In this document: positions 16,470 through 26,369 of the stretch, in pieces
Position numbering within the stretch: position 1 is the first letter of the stretch
Layout: every line of letters begins with the position of its first letter
Virus record (IMG/VR): IMGVR_UViG_3300012816_000001
Location: 1 to 44,508 of that record
Source of the DNA: a virus
Taxonomy: Duplodnaviria; Caudoviricetes
DNA length: 44,508 nt
Strand: one strand, 5' to 3'
Notes under the pieces: model-generated
The model's input: only the letters and a program-made list of their open reading frames with translations
Databases searched by the model: none
What the model was told of the DNA's origin: nothing
Position numbers and translations under genes: made by a program

Positions 16470-16560
16470 CGCAACACCCCCCGGGGTGCGTCCGGGTCCT
16501 TCCTGAGAGGGTCCCGCACGGGTAATTCGCACCCCGATTTTTGTCTAGTTGTCCTTCGGC
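16470..16560 (+). other. Putative cos/packaging region
   Basis: Non-coding gap before terS with CGGGTCCTTCC...GGGTAATTCG, a motif I recognise upstream of lambda-type small terminases. Confidence 0.55.
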
Positions 16561-16577
16561 TCAGAGGGTAAGTAAGC

Positions 16578-17075
16578 ATGAGAGTGAAGGGCCAGGAGCA
16601 GATTGCATCGCTATTCGGAGTAGCGCCAAAGACCATCACCGAGTGGCAAGTGCTGGGCTTTCCCGTTGCGTTTCAGGGTGGTCCAGGTGTGGCCAGTGAG
16701 TACGACGCACCCGCGTGTGTGCAGTGGCTGGTGTCGCGTGAGGTGCGCAAGGTGCAGTCCGAGTCGCCCAAGGATCGCGTGCTGCGCCTTCAGGGCGACA
16801 AGCTGGAGCAGGAGATGCTCAAGGATGCTCGCCTGCTGATTCCTGCGGATGAGGTCGAACCCCTGTGGGCCAGCGCAGTGCTCAACGCCCGGGAGTACCT
16901 GATGGGCGAGCCCACCCGCCTGGCTTCACTTGCAATCGGACTGGACAAGCCAGCCATGGAAGAGCTGCTGCGCTCGACGTTCACCGAGTTCCTCGGCCGC
17001 CTTGCCAACTGGCGCGCAGCCGACGACGAGTCGGAGGACGCCGAGGACGATGGCGACGAGGATGAAACCGCATGA
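16578..17075 (+). CDS. terS: Terminase small subunit (Nu1-like)
   Basis: IASLFGVAPKTITEWQ..G.P wHTH, coiled coil and acidic tail. Confidence 0.9.
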   Translation: MRVKGQEQIASLFGVAPKTITEWQVLGFPVAFQGGPGVASEYDAPACVQWLVSREVRKVQSESPKDRVLRLQGDKLEQEMLKDARLLIPADEVEPLWASAVLNAREYLMGEPTRLASLAIGLDKPAMEELLRSTFTEFLGRLANWRAADDESEDAEDDGDEDETA

Positions 17076-19222
17076 ACTATGCAGAGTCCGAGCACAACCA
17101 CGAGGGCAGGGCAACAGCCGCCCTCCGGGCGATGCATGCCCGTGTGTGGCGCCGGCTCAAGCCACCACCATTCATCAGCGGCGCGGTGTGGGCGACAAAG
17201 TACCGGGTGCTCAGCAACGAGGAGTCGGCACTGCGAGGCCGCTTCAGCTGGGATGTTTCCCCAGCACTGCGCGGCATTGCGGAGGCGGCCACCATGCCAA
17301 CCACCCGCAAGATCGTGGTGCAAAAGAGCGCCCAGGTGGGCTACACCGTGGGCATCGTCTGCAACATCATCGGGTATCACATCCACTACCGGCCCAGCGT
17401 GATCGTGGCCGCGTTCCCTCGCACCCAGGCGGCCAAGGACTTCGCCAGCGAAAAGCTCGACCCGATGCTGCGGGCCTGCAAGGTGCTTCGCGTCCGCATC
17501 AACCTCAAAAGCCGTGCCGACGGCAACAGTCTGCTGCGCAAACGCTTTCCCGGCGGCCTGGCCAAGCTGGTAGGCACGAACAGCCCCAGCGATGTGAAGT
17601 CCACCAGCGCCCGCGTGGTGGTGGTGGAGGAACCTGACGATGCAGCCACGGACGTGCGCGGTCAGGGCAATTCCATCAAGCTCCTTGAGGAGCGCGTGAA
17701 GACCTACGGCGACCACCTCATCCTCATCGGAGGCACCCCTACAGCCAAAGACGCCAGCGCCGTTGAAGCTGAGATGCGCAAGACGGACAAGCGCTACTTC
17801 CACGTCCCGTGCCACTCCTGCGGCGAGACCCATGTGCTCAGCTGGGACCATGTCACCATCCCCGAGGATGAAGATGCAGCCCCCCGCGAGATTTACGGGC
17901 GCAGCCTGCACGAACAGGCCTACTACACCTGCCCCCATTGCGGTACCACCTGGACAGATGACGAGCGCATCGCCAACCTGCGAAGGGCTGAGCGCGATGG
18001 CGGCGGTTGGGTGCCCACGGCGCAGAGCACCATTCCTGGCTTCTACCTCAACGAGCTGCTGAGCACCTTCGATGAGTCGCGGGTACCTGTGCTGGCGCGA
18101 AAGTACCTGGAGGCCAAATACAAGCTGGACCAGGGCGACCCGGCCGACATGATTGCCTTCTGGAATTCCACGCTGGGCATCACTTGGGAGTACCGAGGCG
18201 AGCTACCCGAAGAGGACACACTGCGCAAACGCGCAGAGGACTACCAGGAGTGGACTTGCCCCGTGGGCGGTCTGGAGATCTTCGCCACTGTGGACGTGCA
18301 GCATGACCGCCTGGCCGTCACCGTGTGGGCCTTCGGTCGCGGTGAAGAAATGTGGCTGGTGCACTGGGGCGAGCTGTACGGCCAGACCGTGGTGGCCCAT
18401 GCCGGCGCCTGGCTGGAGCTGGAAGTGCTGCTGGCCCGCCGCGTGCGCCACGGAACCGGCGCAGCGCTGCCCATCACGGCCGCTGGCATCGATTGCTCTG
18501 ACGGTCAGACCAGTGACGCTGCATACGCTTTTGTGCGCAAGCACAGTCGGCCTGAGCGTGAAGTGCTTGCCCTCAAAGGTGCCTCCGATGCGGTGGGAAG
18601 AGTCGAAATCTGGACGCCGCCCAAGAAAGTGGACCCGAACGGCCGCTCCACCAAGGCCGCGCGCGCAGGCGTCTCTGTGCACATCGTCGGTACCGCCAAA
18701 GCCAAAGACCTCATCCTGGGGTGGTCAGAGAACGCTGGCCGGGTGCGTTTGGAAGGGGATGGGCCGGGCCGGATGCACTGGTTTGAAGGCGTGCGCGACG
18801 ACTTCTACGAGCAGCTGCTCAGCGAAATCAAGATCCCGAGCCGCAAGAACCCCGCCAAGCGCGAATGGAAGCCGCGCACGGATCGCCGCAATGAGGCACT
18901 GGACTGCACCGTGTATGCCATCTACCTGTACAGGCACAAGCGCCTTCATCTGCGCAAGCCCGCCATGTGGGATGCGGTGGAAGTGCGCATTCGGCAGGCC
19001 CCTTTGATGCTGGAAGAAGGGCAGGACGGGATATGGCAACCCACTCCTCAGGGGCAGGTCAATCGGCCTGTGGAGGTTCAGGAAGAAACGCCTGAAAATC
19101 AAGAGTCAATAAGCTCTGATAGCTATAAAAATAATAGCTTATACGCTGAAGAATACCACCGCCCAGCCGCTGACGACAGCGCGGCTGATGAAGACATCTT
19201 CGCCCCCATTGGATTCAGATGA
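17072..19222 (+). CDS. terL: Terminase large subunit (lambda GpA family)
   Basis: KSAQVGYT Walker A, VVVVEEPD Walker B, GTPT, CHSC/CPHC, VDVQ and NEALDC. Confidence 0.96.
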   Translation: MNYAESEHNHEGRATAALRAMHARVWRRLKPPPFISGAVWATKYRVLSNEESALRGRFSWDVSPALRGIAEAATMPTTRKIVVQKSAQVGYTVGIVCNIIGYHIHYRPSVIVAAFPRTQAAKDFASEKLDPMLRACKVLRVRINLKSRADGNSLLRKRFPGGLAKLVGTNSPSDVKSTSARVVVVEEPDDAATDVRGQGNSIKLLEERVKTYGDHLILIGGTPTAKDASAVEAEMRKTDKRYFHVPCHSCGETHVLSWDHVTIPEDEDAAPREIYGRSLHEQAYYTCPHCGTTWTDDERIANLRRAERDGGGWVPTAQSTIPGFYLNELLSTFDESRVPVLARKYLEAKYKLDQGDPADMIAFWNSTLGITWEYRGELPEEDTLRKRAEDYQEWTCPVGGLEIFATVDVQHDRLAVTVWAFGRGEEMWLVHWGELYGQTVVAHAGAWLELEVLLARRVRHGTGAALPITAAGIDCSDGQTSDAAYAFVRKHSRPEREVLALKGASDAVGRVEIWTPPKKVDPNGRSTKAARAGVSVHIVGTAKAKDLILGWSENAGRVRLEGDGPGRMHWFEGVRDDFYEQLLSEIKIPSRKNPAKREWKPRTDRRNEALDCTVYAIYLYRHKRLHLRKPAMWDAVEVRIRQAPLMLEEGQDGIWQPTPQGQVNRPVEVQEETPENQESISSDSYKNNSLYAEEYHRPAADDSAADEDIFAPIGFR

Positions 19223-19521
19223 CTGTTACTGCAACCCCCGAAGAGCCACGCGACCTGTTCAGCATCCTGGAGGCTGAGGCCCGCGCCGTGGCTGCGGCTT
19301 TCGGCGTCAGCACGGCGAACGAACTGGCCGCAGCGTTAATTGATCGCGTGCACCACCGGCTTCATACCGACCGTGTGCGCGTGGTCAAGCGCAGCCGCCT
19401 TCGCCGCCAGGAAGTGCACGAGGCAATGCGACGTGACTTCAATGGCGTCAACCTTGCAGAGGTTGCCGACCGATACGGTTACAGCCGCGCCCAGGCCTAT
19501 CGCATCCTTTCTAAAAAATAG
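19219..19521 (+). CDS. Mor/C-family transcription activator
   Basis: R......F.G.N..E.A.RYG.S....YRIL C-terminal HTH. Confidence 0.8.
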   Translation: MTVTATPEEPRDLFSILEAEARAVAAAFGVSTANELAAALIDRVHHRLHTDRVRVVKRSRLRRQEVHEAMRRDFNGVNLAEVADRYGYSRAQAYRILSKK

Positions 19522-19547
19522 TCTCATTTACGGGCTAGAAATGAGAC
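19521..19547. promoter_or_regulatory. Perfect 9-bp inverted repeat; candidate activator site of the late promoter
   Basis: GTCTCATTT-N9-AAATGAGAC, 25 bp upstream of the head operon start. Confidence 0.6.
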
Positions 19548-19572
19548 ACCCAACCCGGAATGATCCGGGTCC

Positions 19573-19818
19573 ATGGGTATCTACAGCCACCACACCACCG
19601 AAGACTTGCAGGCGATGCGAACTCGCCTCAGCGCTTCGCTGATGGACCGGCTCACCAAGCCCACAAGCATCGGCCACAGCGGCGGCAACGGCGCAAGCCG
19701 CAACGCCTCGTACAGCCAGGACACCGACAAGATCAAGCGTGAGATCGAGGCCATTGGTGCTGAGATTGATCGCCGCTCGGGGATTCCTGCATCGCGCGGC
19801 CCTATCTATCTCGTCTAG
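19573..19818 (+). CDS. Head-tail joining protein (gpW-like)
   Basis: 81 aa between terL and portal; R..SY......I...I..I pattern. Confidence 0.75.
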   Translation: MGIYSHHTTEDLQAMRTRLSASLMDRLTKPTSIGHSGGNGASRNASYSQDTDKIKREIEAIGAEIDRRSGIPASRGPIYLV

Positions 19819-19832
19819 GGCGCAGCACCACC

Positions 19833-21470
19833 ATGTCCAAGCGCCACAGTAGCCCCCAAGCTCGTCAAGCCCGTGCCCATGGCCAGGTTCCCGCAGCCGT
19901 GCGCGTTGGTGGCAGTGATGTCTCCATGGCGGCGCACAGCGGTGCAAGCGGCGGCGATGACCTCGCCATGTATGACTGGAATCCTGCACGCGGTAGTGCC
20001 GATGCTGATCTGCTGCCCGACCTGGACACGCTGACCGCACGCAGCCGCGACCTCGGCCGCAACAATGGTCTGGTGGCCGGTGCCAATCAGACCTACCGCG
20101 ACAACATCGTGGGCGCCACTCTGCGCCTGAGCTGCACTCCCGACTACCGCCTGCTTGGTTGGACTCGGGAGCAGGCCCGCGATTGGGGCAACATGGTCGA
20201 GGCCAAATTCCGCAGCTGGGGCGATACACCCGAATGCCACGCTGGTCGCAAACTAAATCTGCTGGGTCTCACGCTGCAGGCTCTCGGCGCCGCAATGAGC
20301 AACGGCGATGCGCTGGCCTTGCCACTGTGGCTGCCGCGCCCTGGCAGCCGCTGGAACACGCGGTTGATGATGGTCGAGAGCGACCGCCTCAGCACGCCCT
20401 ATGGCATGGAGCACCGAGAAGATATTCGCGGCGGTATCGAGTTCGACCAGTACGGCGCCGATGTGGCGTACCACATCACCAAAAAGCACCCAGGCGACAT
20501 GCTCGCCATGGGCTTCTACGGTGCGGCATCGTCAGCCGCCATGCAGTGGGAGCGCATCCCTGCATTCACGCCTTGGGGGCGCCGCCGCGTCATCCACTTG
20601 GCCGACCACGAGCGTTCCGGCCAGTCTCGCGGCAAGCCCATCATTTCTGCGGTCATGCGTGAGTTCCACATGGCCGGCAAGTATTCGTCCAACGAATTGG
20701 AGTCCAGCGTTGCAAGCTCGCTGATCACAGCTTTTCTCGAATCGGATCTCGATCCGGAGTCCGCCGCATCGCTGTTTGGTGACGATCCCCGTGCTGCCTG
20801 GAAAGCATCACTCAAAGAAGGCCGTGGCAGCCTGCGAAAAATGAAGGGCGGCGCCGTGGTGCCTCTGCCAGCTGGTGCGCGCCTGAGCGCCTTCAACCCC
20901 GGCAGGCCGAATCCCGCTTTCGAAGCCTTCATGCTGGCGGTGCTTCGCCACATCGCAGCGGGCATGAACATGCCTTACGAGCTGCTGCTGAAGGACTTCT
21001 CCAAGACCAACTACAGCAGCGCCCGCGCGGCCCTGCTGGAGGCCTGGCGCTATTTCAACGGCCGCCGCCGCTGGCTGTCAGATCACTGGCTGCGCTGCAT
21101 CTATGAACTGTGGTTTGAAGAAGCCCTGAACGCGGGCGAGATCGAGGCCCCGGGGTTCTACGAAAACCGCTACGCCTACCTGCGTTGCCGCTTCATCTTT
21201 GGTGGCCGGGGCTGGGTGGATCCAGTGAAAGAAGCCACTGCCAGCGTCATGCGAATGAAGTCTGGCATCACCACCCTGGAGCACGAATGTGCAGAGCAGG
21301 GCACGGACTACGAAGAGGTCCTCGACCAGACCGCCGTGGAAGAGGCCATGCGCAAGGCGCGCGGCCTGCCCAGCTTGTACGCGGACCAGATCGTGGTCCA
21401 CCTGAACAACGGCGACGACAACGAAAAAGCCCCGGGCCAGAAGTCCGCAGCCACCGAGGAAACCGCATGA
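19833..21470 (+). CDS. Portal protein, lambda family
   Basis: RSRDL.RNN, R.GQ.RG, NYSSARA.LLE and GWVDPVKE. Confidence 0.97.
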   Translation: MSKRHSSPQARQARAHGQVPAAVRVGGSDVSMAAHSGASGGDDLAMYDWNPARGSADADLLPDLDTLTARSRDLGRNNGLVAGANQTYRDNIVGATLRLSCTPDYRLLGWTREQARDWGNMVEAKFRSWGDTPECHAGRKLNLLGLTLQALGAAMSNGDALALPLWLPRPGSRWNTRLMMVESDRLSTPYGMEHREDIRGGIEFDQYGADVAYHITKKHPGDMLAMGFYGAASSAAMQWERIPAFTPWGRRRVIHLADHERSGQSRGKPIISAVMREFHMAGKYSSNELESSVASSLITAFLESDLDPESAASLFGDDPRAAWKASLKEGRGSLRKMKGGAVVPLPAGARLSAFNPGRPNPAFEAFMLAVLRHIAAGMNMPYELLLKDFSKTNYSSARAALLEAWRYFNGRRRWLSDHWLRCIYELWFEEALNAGEIEAPGFYENRYAYLRCRFIFGGRGWVDPVKEATASVMRMKSGITTLEHECAEQGTDYEEVLDQTAVEEAMRKARGLPSLYADQIVVHLNNGDDNEKAPGQKSAATEETA

Positions 21471-22771
21471 ACTTCGCCCACCTGAACACGCGCATTTTCA
21501 ACACCCCCTTGCTGGTGCACCCGGGCAAGCTGGATGCACTGATTGCTGGCCTGGGTGGCCGCCTGTTGGGCGGTGCTCTGGAGTTCACGCCTGCTGCGTT
21601 GCAGGATGGCCTGGTGCCCGAAATGTTCAGCACTCGGCGCGGCACGCGTGGCGATGAGGGCTATGCAGTTACCGAGGGTGTGGCCGTTGTCTATGCCAGT
21701 GGCGCCCTGGTGCACCGCAGCCGCATTGATGCGGACAGCAACTACCTGCTCGGCTACAACGAACTGGCCCGCCAGGTCGAGGCTGCGCAGGCTGACCCCG
21801 AGGTGCATGCCGTGCTGCAGGTGTGGGACAGCCCGGGCGGTGAAGTGGCGGGCGCTTTCGAATATGCCGACCGCATGTTTGCCCTGCGCGGCGCCAAGCC
21901 CATGTGGGCTATTGCCGACAACATGGCCGCTTCCGCTGCATACCTGGGTGGCTCAGCCTTTGAGCAGCTGGCGGTGTCAGCGACCGGCTACGTGGGGTCC
22001 ATCGGCGTCGTGATGCGCCATGTGGACTTCTCCCGCGCCCTCGACAACGAGGGCATCAAGGTAACGCACATCTTTGCGGGCGACCGCAAGGTGGACGGCA
22101 ATCCTTATGAACCCCTGCCGAAGGAAGTTCAAGCCCAGTTTCAGGAAGAAATCAACGGCCTCTATGCCCTTTTCGTGGATGCCGTTGTCCGTCAACGCGA
22201 CATGTCGGCTGAAAGTGTTCGCGCCACCAAGGCGGCCGTCTTCCGTGGCGTTGCCGCTGTGTCCATGGGCTTGGCAGACCGCGTGGCCACCACCGACCAA
22301 CTCATTTCCGAACTGGCCGCGATGCGTTCGCGGTCGTACCCCGCCGGGCCTTCCGCCCGATCCACCGCCAACGCAACAGGAGAACCCATGTCTGGCACCA
22401 CCCCCCAAGCCCCGGCGGGCGCAGCAGCAACCGCCCCGGTCACTCTCACGCAGGCCGATATCGACAGCGCGCGCGCCGAAGGGCACGCCGCCGGCGTGAC
22501 GGCTGAGCGCACCCGCACCTCCGCCATCCTAGGCCATGAAAAGGCAGGTGGCCAAGTCGCACTGGCACTGCAGTGCATCTCGCAAGGGCTGAGCGCAGAG
22601 CAGTCTGGCGCCATCCTGGCTGCTGCACCTGCGCCATCCAAGGCGGCCGGCAACGGCTTTGCTGCGGCGATGGCTGCCATGGGCAACCCGACTGTGTCGG
22701 GCGTTGAAGCCAGCGCAGGCGGCGGCGACGACGAAGCCGCACTGGCAGCGCAGATCCTGGCCCTGAAGTAA
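21467..22771 (+). CDS. S49 head maturation protease (gpC-like) with C-terminal scaffold
   Basis: DSPGG, AASAAY, GSIGV, AG..K.DGNP.EPL and GLAD. Confidence 0.93.
   Translation: MNFAHLNTRIFNTPLLVHPGKLDALIAGLGGRLLGGALEFTPAALQDGLVPEMFSTRRGTRGDEGYAVTEGVAVVYASGALVHRSRIDADSNYLLGYNELARQVEAAQADPEVHAVLQVWDSPGGEVAGAFEYADRMFALRGAKPMWAIADNMAASAAYLGGSAFEQLAVSATGYVGSIGVVMRHVDFSRALDNEGIKVTHIFAGDRKVDGNPYEPLPKEVQAQFQEEINGLYALFVDAVVRQRDMSAESVRATKAAVFRGVAAVSMGLADRVATTDQLISELAAMRSRSYPAGPSARSTANATGEPMSGTTPQAPAGAAATAPVTLTQADIDSARAEGHAAGVTAERTRTSAILGHEKAGGQVALALQCISQGLSAEQSGAILAAAPAPSKAAGNGFAAAMAAMGNPTVSGVEASAGGGDDEAALAAQILALK
22388..22771 (+). CDS. Nested in-frame scaffold protein (Nu3-like)
   Basis: Internal CAGGAG RBS + ATG in frame; Ala-rich with the AER.R..AI motif. 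Confidence 0.7.
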   Translation: MSGTTPQAPAGAAATAPVTLTQADIDSARAEGHAAGVTAERTRTSAILGHEKAGGQVALALQCISQGLSAEQSGAILAAAPAPSKAAGNGFAAAMAAMGNPTVSGVEASAGGGDDEAALAAQILALK

Positions 22772-22811
22772 TTCAGGTTCAACCCATCCCGAAACTACAG
22801 GAGCGCACACC

Positions 22812-23450
22812 ATGAATCGCGCAAGCTTCTCTTCTTCCGAACTGGCGGTGGATAACCTCATCGCTGGGAATGCCCACCTGCTGCTGGGCCAGCAGATCAC
22901 CCTGGCAGCCGGCGCGGTGTACCCACGTGGCGCCGTACTTGGCAAGCGCACGCTGGGCACCGCCAGCTCGGCATTCGCGGGCACAGGCAACGGCGCCCTG
23001 ACCTTGGATGCCACCACACCGCTGCTGTCGCGGGCGCAAAAGGGTGCCTACGTCATCACTTGCATTGCAGCGGCCTCTAATGCAGGCACCTTCCGAGTGG
23101 AAGACCCCACCGGCGTTGTGCTGGGTGACGTGGCGGTGGGCGCCACCTTTGCCGACCAGATCAAGTTCTCGATCGCCGATGGCGGCACTGATTTTGTCGT
23201 AGGCGACAAGTTCACTCTGACCGTGGCCGCAGGCACTGGGCAATACCTCACCAGCGTAGCTGCTGCGGTGGATGGAAGTGCGGTCCCTGACCTCGTGCTG
23301 TCTGAAACAGTGGACGCCACGCTTGCTGCCACGCCTGCCATGGCCTACAAGCGCGGCGACTTCAACGCCAGTGCGCTCACTTTTGGAGCGGGTCACACCG
23401 CTGCCACTGTGGCTGAAGCCTTGCGCAGCAAGGGCATCGCCATCCTGTAA
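22812..23450 (+). CDS. Head decoration protein (gpD-like) with inserted domain
   Basis: RG.VLG...DGS......L...D......Y..G.FN...L; about 90 extra residues in the middle. Confidence 0.85.
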   Translation: MNRASFSSSELAVDNLIAGNAHLLLGQQITLAAGAVYPRGAVLGKRTLGTASSAFAGTGNGALTLDATTPLLSRAQKGAYVITCIAAASNAGTFRVEDPTGVVLGDVAVGATFADQIKFSIADGGTDFVVGDKFTLTVAAGTGQYLTSVAAAVDGSAVPDLVLSETVDATLAATPAMAYKRGDFNASALTFGAGHTAATVAEALRSKGIAIL

Positions 23451-23512
23451 CGCGCGCTGCAAAAGCAACCGCACCCAGCTCCGTAACCCTACCCATTTCA
23501 CGAGGTCACACC

Positions 23513-24526
23513 ATGGACATCTTTACCACTGGCGTACTGACGCGCGTTGTGCAGGCTCTGCCACTGCCTGCGCCCTTCATCTTGAACAACTTCTTCGGTG
23601 AGATCCAGACGGAAGAGTCTGAAGAAATTCACTTTGACGTGAACAAGAACCGCCCGCGCCTGGCGCCGTTCGTTCTGCCCACTGTGCCTGGCCGTGTTGT
23701 CAGCAGCAAGGGCTACAAAACCTCCACGTTCAAGCCGGCGTATGTGAAGGACAAGCGCGTCTTCACCCCCAATCGCGCCCTCAAGCGGGCTGCCGGCGAG
23801 GCCATCGGCGGCAGTCTCTCGCCTGAGCAGCGCATGCAGCTCCTGCTGCGCCAGGACTTGCTCGACCAGCTCGACATGCTGACTCGCCGCCAGGAGGTGA
23901 TGGCCATCGAAGCACTGGTTACTGGCCGCGTCACAGTGAAGGGCGAGGACTACCCCGAAACAGTGGTGGATTTCGAGCGCCATGGTGACCTGACTGTGGA
24001 GCTGACCGCTGGCGACCGTTGGGGTGAAACTGGCGTTGACCCGCTGGACGATGTCGAGGCCTGGGCGCTGGATGTTTCCAAACAATCTGGTGCGGCGCCC
24101 AACACGCTGGTGATGGATCTCAAGTCTTGGAAGCTGTTCAGCGAAAGCGAGCGCGTGCAGAAGTTGCTGGACCGCTTCCGTGGTTCCGACACGCTGGCCA
24201 GTACCGTGGGTGGCGATGGCGCCAAGTTCATGGGCAACATCGGCGACTACGACATCTGGGTGTACTCCGGCTTTTACGAACACCCCGATACAGGCGCGCT
24301 CACGCCTTTCCTGGCGGACTACACGGTCATTCTCACCAGCAAGCAGGTCGAGGGTGTTCGCGCTTACGGTGCGATTCAGGACGAAGCTGCAGGTCTGCAG
24401 GCCCTGCCGTATTTCACGAAGTCCTGGGTTGAGCAGGATCCTGGCGTCCGCTTCCTGTTGATGCAGTCGGCCCCTCTCACAGTGCCGTACCGCGTCAACG
24501 CCAGTCTGGCCGCGAAGGTCCGATAA
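23513..24526 (+). CDS. Major capsid protein E family
   Basis: LAPFV.P, FKPAYVK.K, RR.E.MA..AL..G and MQSAPL.VP. Confidence 0.96.
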   Translation: MDIFTTGVLTRVVQALPLPAPFILNNFFGEIQTEESEEIHFDVNKNRPRLAPFVLPTVPGRVVSSKGYKTSTFKPAYVKDKRVFTPNRALKRAAGEAIGGSLSPEQRMQLLLRQDLLDQLDMLTRRQEVMAIEALVTGRVTVKGEDYPETVVDFERHGDLTVELTAGDRWGETGVDPLDDVEAWALDVSKQSGAAPNTLVMDLKSWKLFSESERVQKLLDRFRGSDTLASTVGGDGAKFMGNIGDYDIWVYSGFYEHPDTGALTPFLADYTVILTSKQVEGVRAYGAIQDEAAGLQALPYFTKSWVEQDPGVRFLLMQSAPLTVPYRVNASLAAKVR

Positions 24527-24537
24527 GGCGCACCACC

Positions 24538-24858
24538 GTGGCCGTCGCACCCTTCGCCCAAGCCATGGCCGACCTCGGTACAGAGGTCGAGAGCATGCTT
24601 GCCAACGCCACCGCCACCTACCAGGCTGGTGAGCCCTTCGGCGTGCTGTTCGACCGCGCGCAGTCTGATGGCTTTGGTGGTGATGGGCGTGTCATGGACT
24701 CTGCGGCCTGCAGCGTATCGCTCAATCTTGCCCATGCTCCCGGCCTTGCAGAGGGTTCGGAGCTGGTGATTGACGGCGTCGTCTATGTCGTGGGCGGTGG
24801 CGTTCAGGGTGACAGCAGCGGCTGGGCCTCAGACATCAGCATCTTTCCCAAGGGCTAA
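24538..24858 (+). CDS. Head-tail adaptor (gpFII-like)
   Basis: Synteny; G..L.IDG..Y.V.....D..GW. Confidence 0.7.
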   Translation: MAVAPFAQAMADLGTEVESMLANATATYQAGEPFGVLFDRAQSDGFGGDGRVMDSAACSVSLNLAHAPGLAEGSELVIDGVVYVVGGGVQGDSSGWASDISIFPKG

Positions 24859-24863
24859 GCGCC

Positions 24864-25292
24864 ATGTTTGCAGCACTTGCTTCCATCGCCACTTACCTGC
24901 GCAGCGTCCCGCACTTCGAGACCTGGTCTGTGCGGGACGGGCTCAGTGTGGAGTCGCGTCAGGCCCAGAACGCGCTGGATATCCGGTACAGGGGGGCAAC
25001 CGTGGGGGACGCCAAGGGCGCCAGCTCGGTCAATGTCTCGCCCGTTCTGGAAGTCACCCTCATCGTTCCACGTGGCGATAGTGCTGCCAATGAGCTGGAC
25101 GCTGCATTCACGGCACTGCTCGCTGCCCTGCATGGCCACAAGGTGCATGGCGCATCGGCCACTCGCGACGGCTGGACTGCGCTGGTGCTTAACCAGGTGC
25201 AGACCTTCGATCCCATGGACAAGGATGCTGGCTGCCAGCTGCTGTTCACCCATTCCAAGCGTTTTTCGGTGGGCTGCAGTGCCGGCTGTTGA
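24864..25292 (+). CDS. Probable tail terminator/completion protein
   Basis: Size, synteny and alpha/beta pattern. Confidence 0.55.
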   Translation: MFAALASIATYLRSVPHFETWSVRDGLSVESRQAQNALDIRYRGATVGDAKGASSVNVSPVLEVTLIVPRGDSAANELDAAFTALLAALHGHKVHGASATRDGWTALVLNQVQTFDPMDKDAGCQLLFTHSKRFSVGCSAGC

Positions 25293-25341
25293 GCAGCGGC
25301 CACACCCACAACACCCATAACTTTTTGCAAGGACCATCGCC

Positions 25342-25536
25342 ATGTCCACGACTGACACCCAAAAACAGCGCGTCAAGCTCCTCAAGCCGCATGAGCACGC
25401 CCACCGCCAATACCCGGCGGGCTCTGTGCTCACCCTGTCCGCCAAAAAGGCGGAATGGCTGGTGGCCTTGCGCGTGGCTGAAGACGTTGCCACCGATGCC
25501 GCCGACGTGACGCTGCAGCCAGGCTCATCCGTCTGA
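25342..25536 (+). CDS. Small structural-module protein
   Basis: AGGA RBS; V.LLKPH.HA...Y..G..L.......EWL motif. Confidence 0.7.
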   Translation: MSTTDTQKQRVKLLKPHEHAHRQYPAGSVLTLSAKKAEWLVALRVAEDVATDAADVTLQPGSSV

Positions 25537-25598
25537 CGCCAGCAGCCCCATCAGCACCACCCCAACCAAGCACTACCACACAGGCAGGAGCAAGCAAC

Positions 25599-26369
25599 AT
25601 GGACAAAATGATCTGGAGCGGGCAAGGCCCCGTCGAAATCGGCGTGTTCGATACCGCAAACGGTACGGCCGCCATGGGTTACCTCACCAAGCTGCGCGAG
25701 GTGGGTTGTTCCACCCGCACGCTGACCACAACCCTCTCGCAGGAAAAAAAGGCCATCAACGAAACCTGCTCGGGCAACCGCCTCAAGCTGGCCAGCCTGC
25801 CCGGCGCCAAGAGCATGGAGGTGCAGCTGGAGCTGGTCGAGTTCAACGGCCCTATGTTCGCTGCAGCGCTGTTCGGCACCATTGACGAACACGCGGCCAG
25901 CACCGTCACGGCAGAGCGCCTGCCCACCCTGACGGTGGGGGATACCTTCTTCCTCAAGCACCCCGGTGCCTCCAGCATCGTCATCGAAGACAGCACCGGC
26001 ACGCCCGTGGAGCTGGACGAAGGTGTGCACTACGAGATCCTGAGCGCCGCGCACGGTACCGCACGCCTCCTGTCGGTGGCCGGAATCACCCAGCCCCTGT
26101 TTGTGGACTACAGCTACGCAAAGTACGAAAGCATGGCGGCCTTCAGCCAGCCCGGCACCGTGGAGCGCGGCATCGTCTTCAGCGGCATCAACCACGATGG
26201 GCGCAAAGCGCGTCTGATCATCCCCCGCATCGATCTGATGATGGACGGCGACTTCTCGTGGATCACCGACGAAGAAGCCACGCTTACCTTCAAGGGCGAA
26301 GTGCTCTACGTGCCAAGCCTCTCGGGCGACACGCTGTACGGCTCGTTTGCCCGTGTTGACTGGCTGTAG
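25599..26369 (+). CDS. Major tail (tube) protein
   Basis: AGGAG RBS; WSGQG.V.I...L..VG; precedes the tape measure. Confidence 0.8.
   Translation: MDKMIWSGQGPVEIGVFDTANGTAAMGYLTKLREVGCSTRTLTTTLSQEKKAINETCSGNRLKLASLPGAKSMEVQLELVEFNGPMFAAALFGTIDEHAASTVTAERLPTLTVGDTFFLKHPGASSIVIEDSTGTPVELDEGVHYEILSAAHGTARLLSVAGITQPLFVDYSYAKYESMAAFSQPGTVERGIVFSGINHDGRKARLIIPRIDLMMDGDFSWITDEEATLTFKGEVLYVPSLSGDTLYGSFARVDWL

Noticed and set aside
25745-25751. A_AAA_AAG slippery heptamer in the major tail gene
   Set aside because: It lies early in the gene; the -1 frame gives ~45 non-protein-like codons then a stop, so it is not a chaperone or Ig-extension frameshift.
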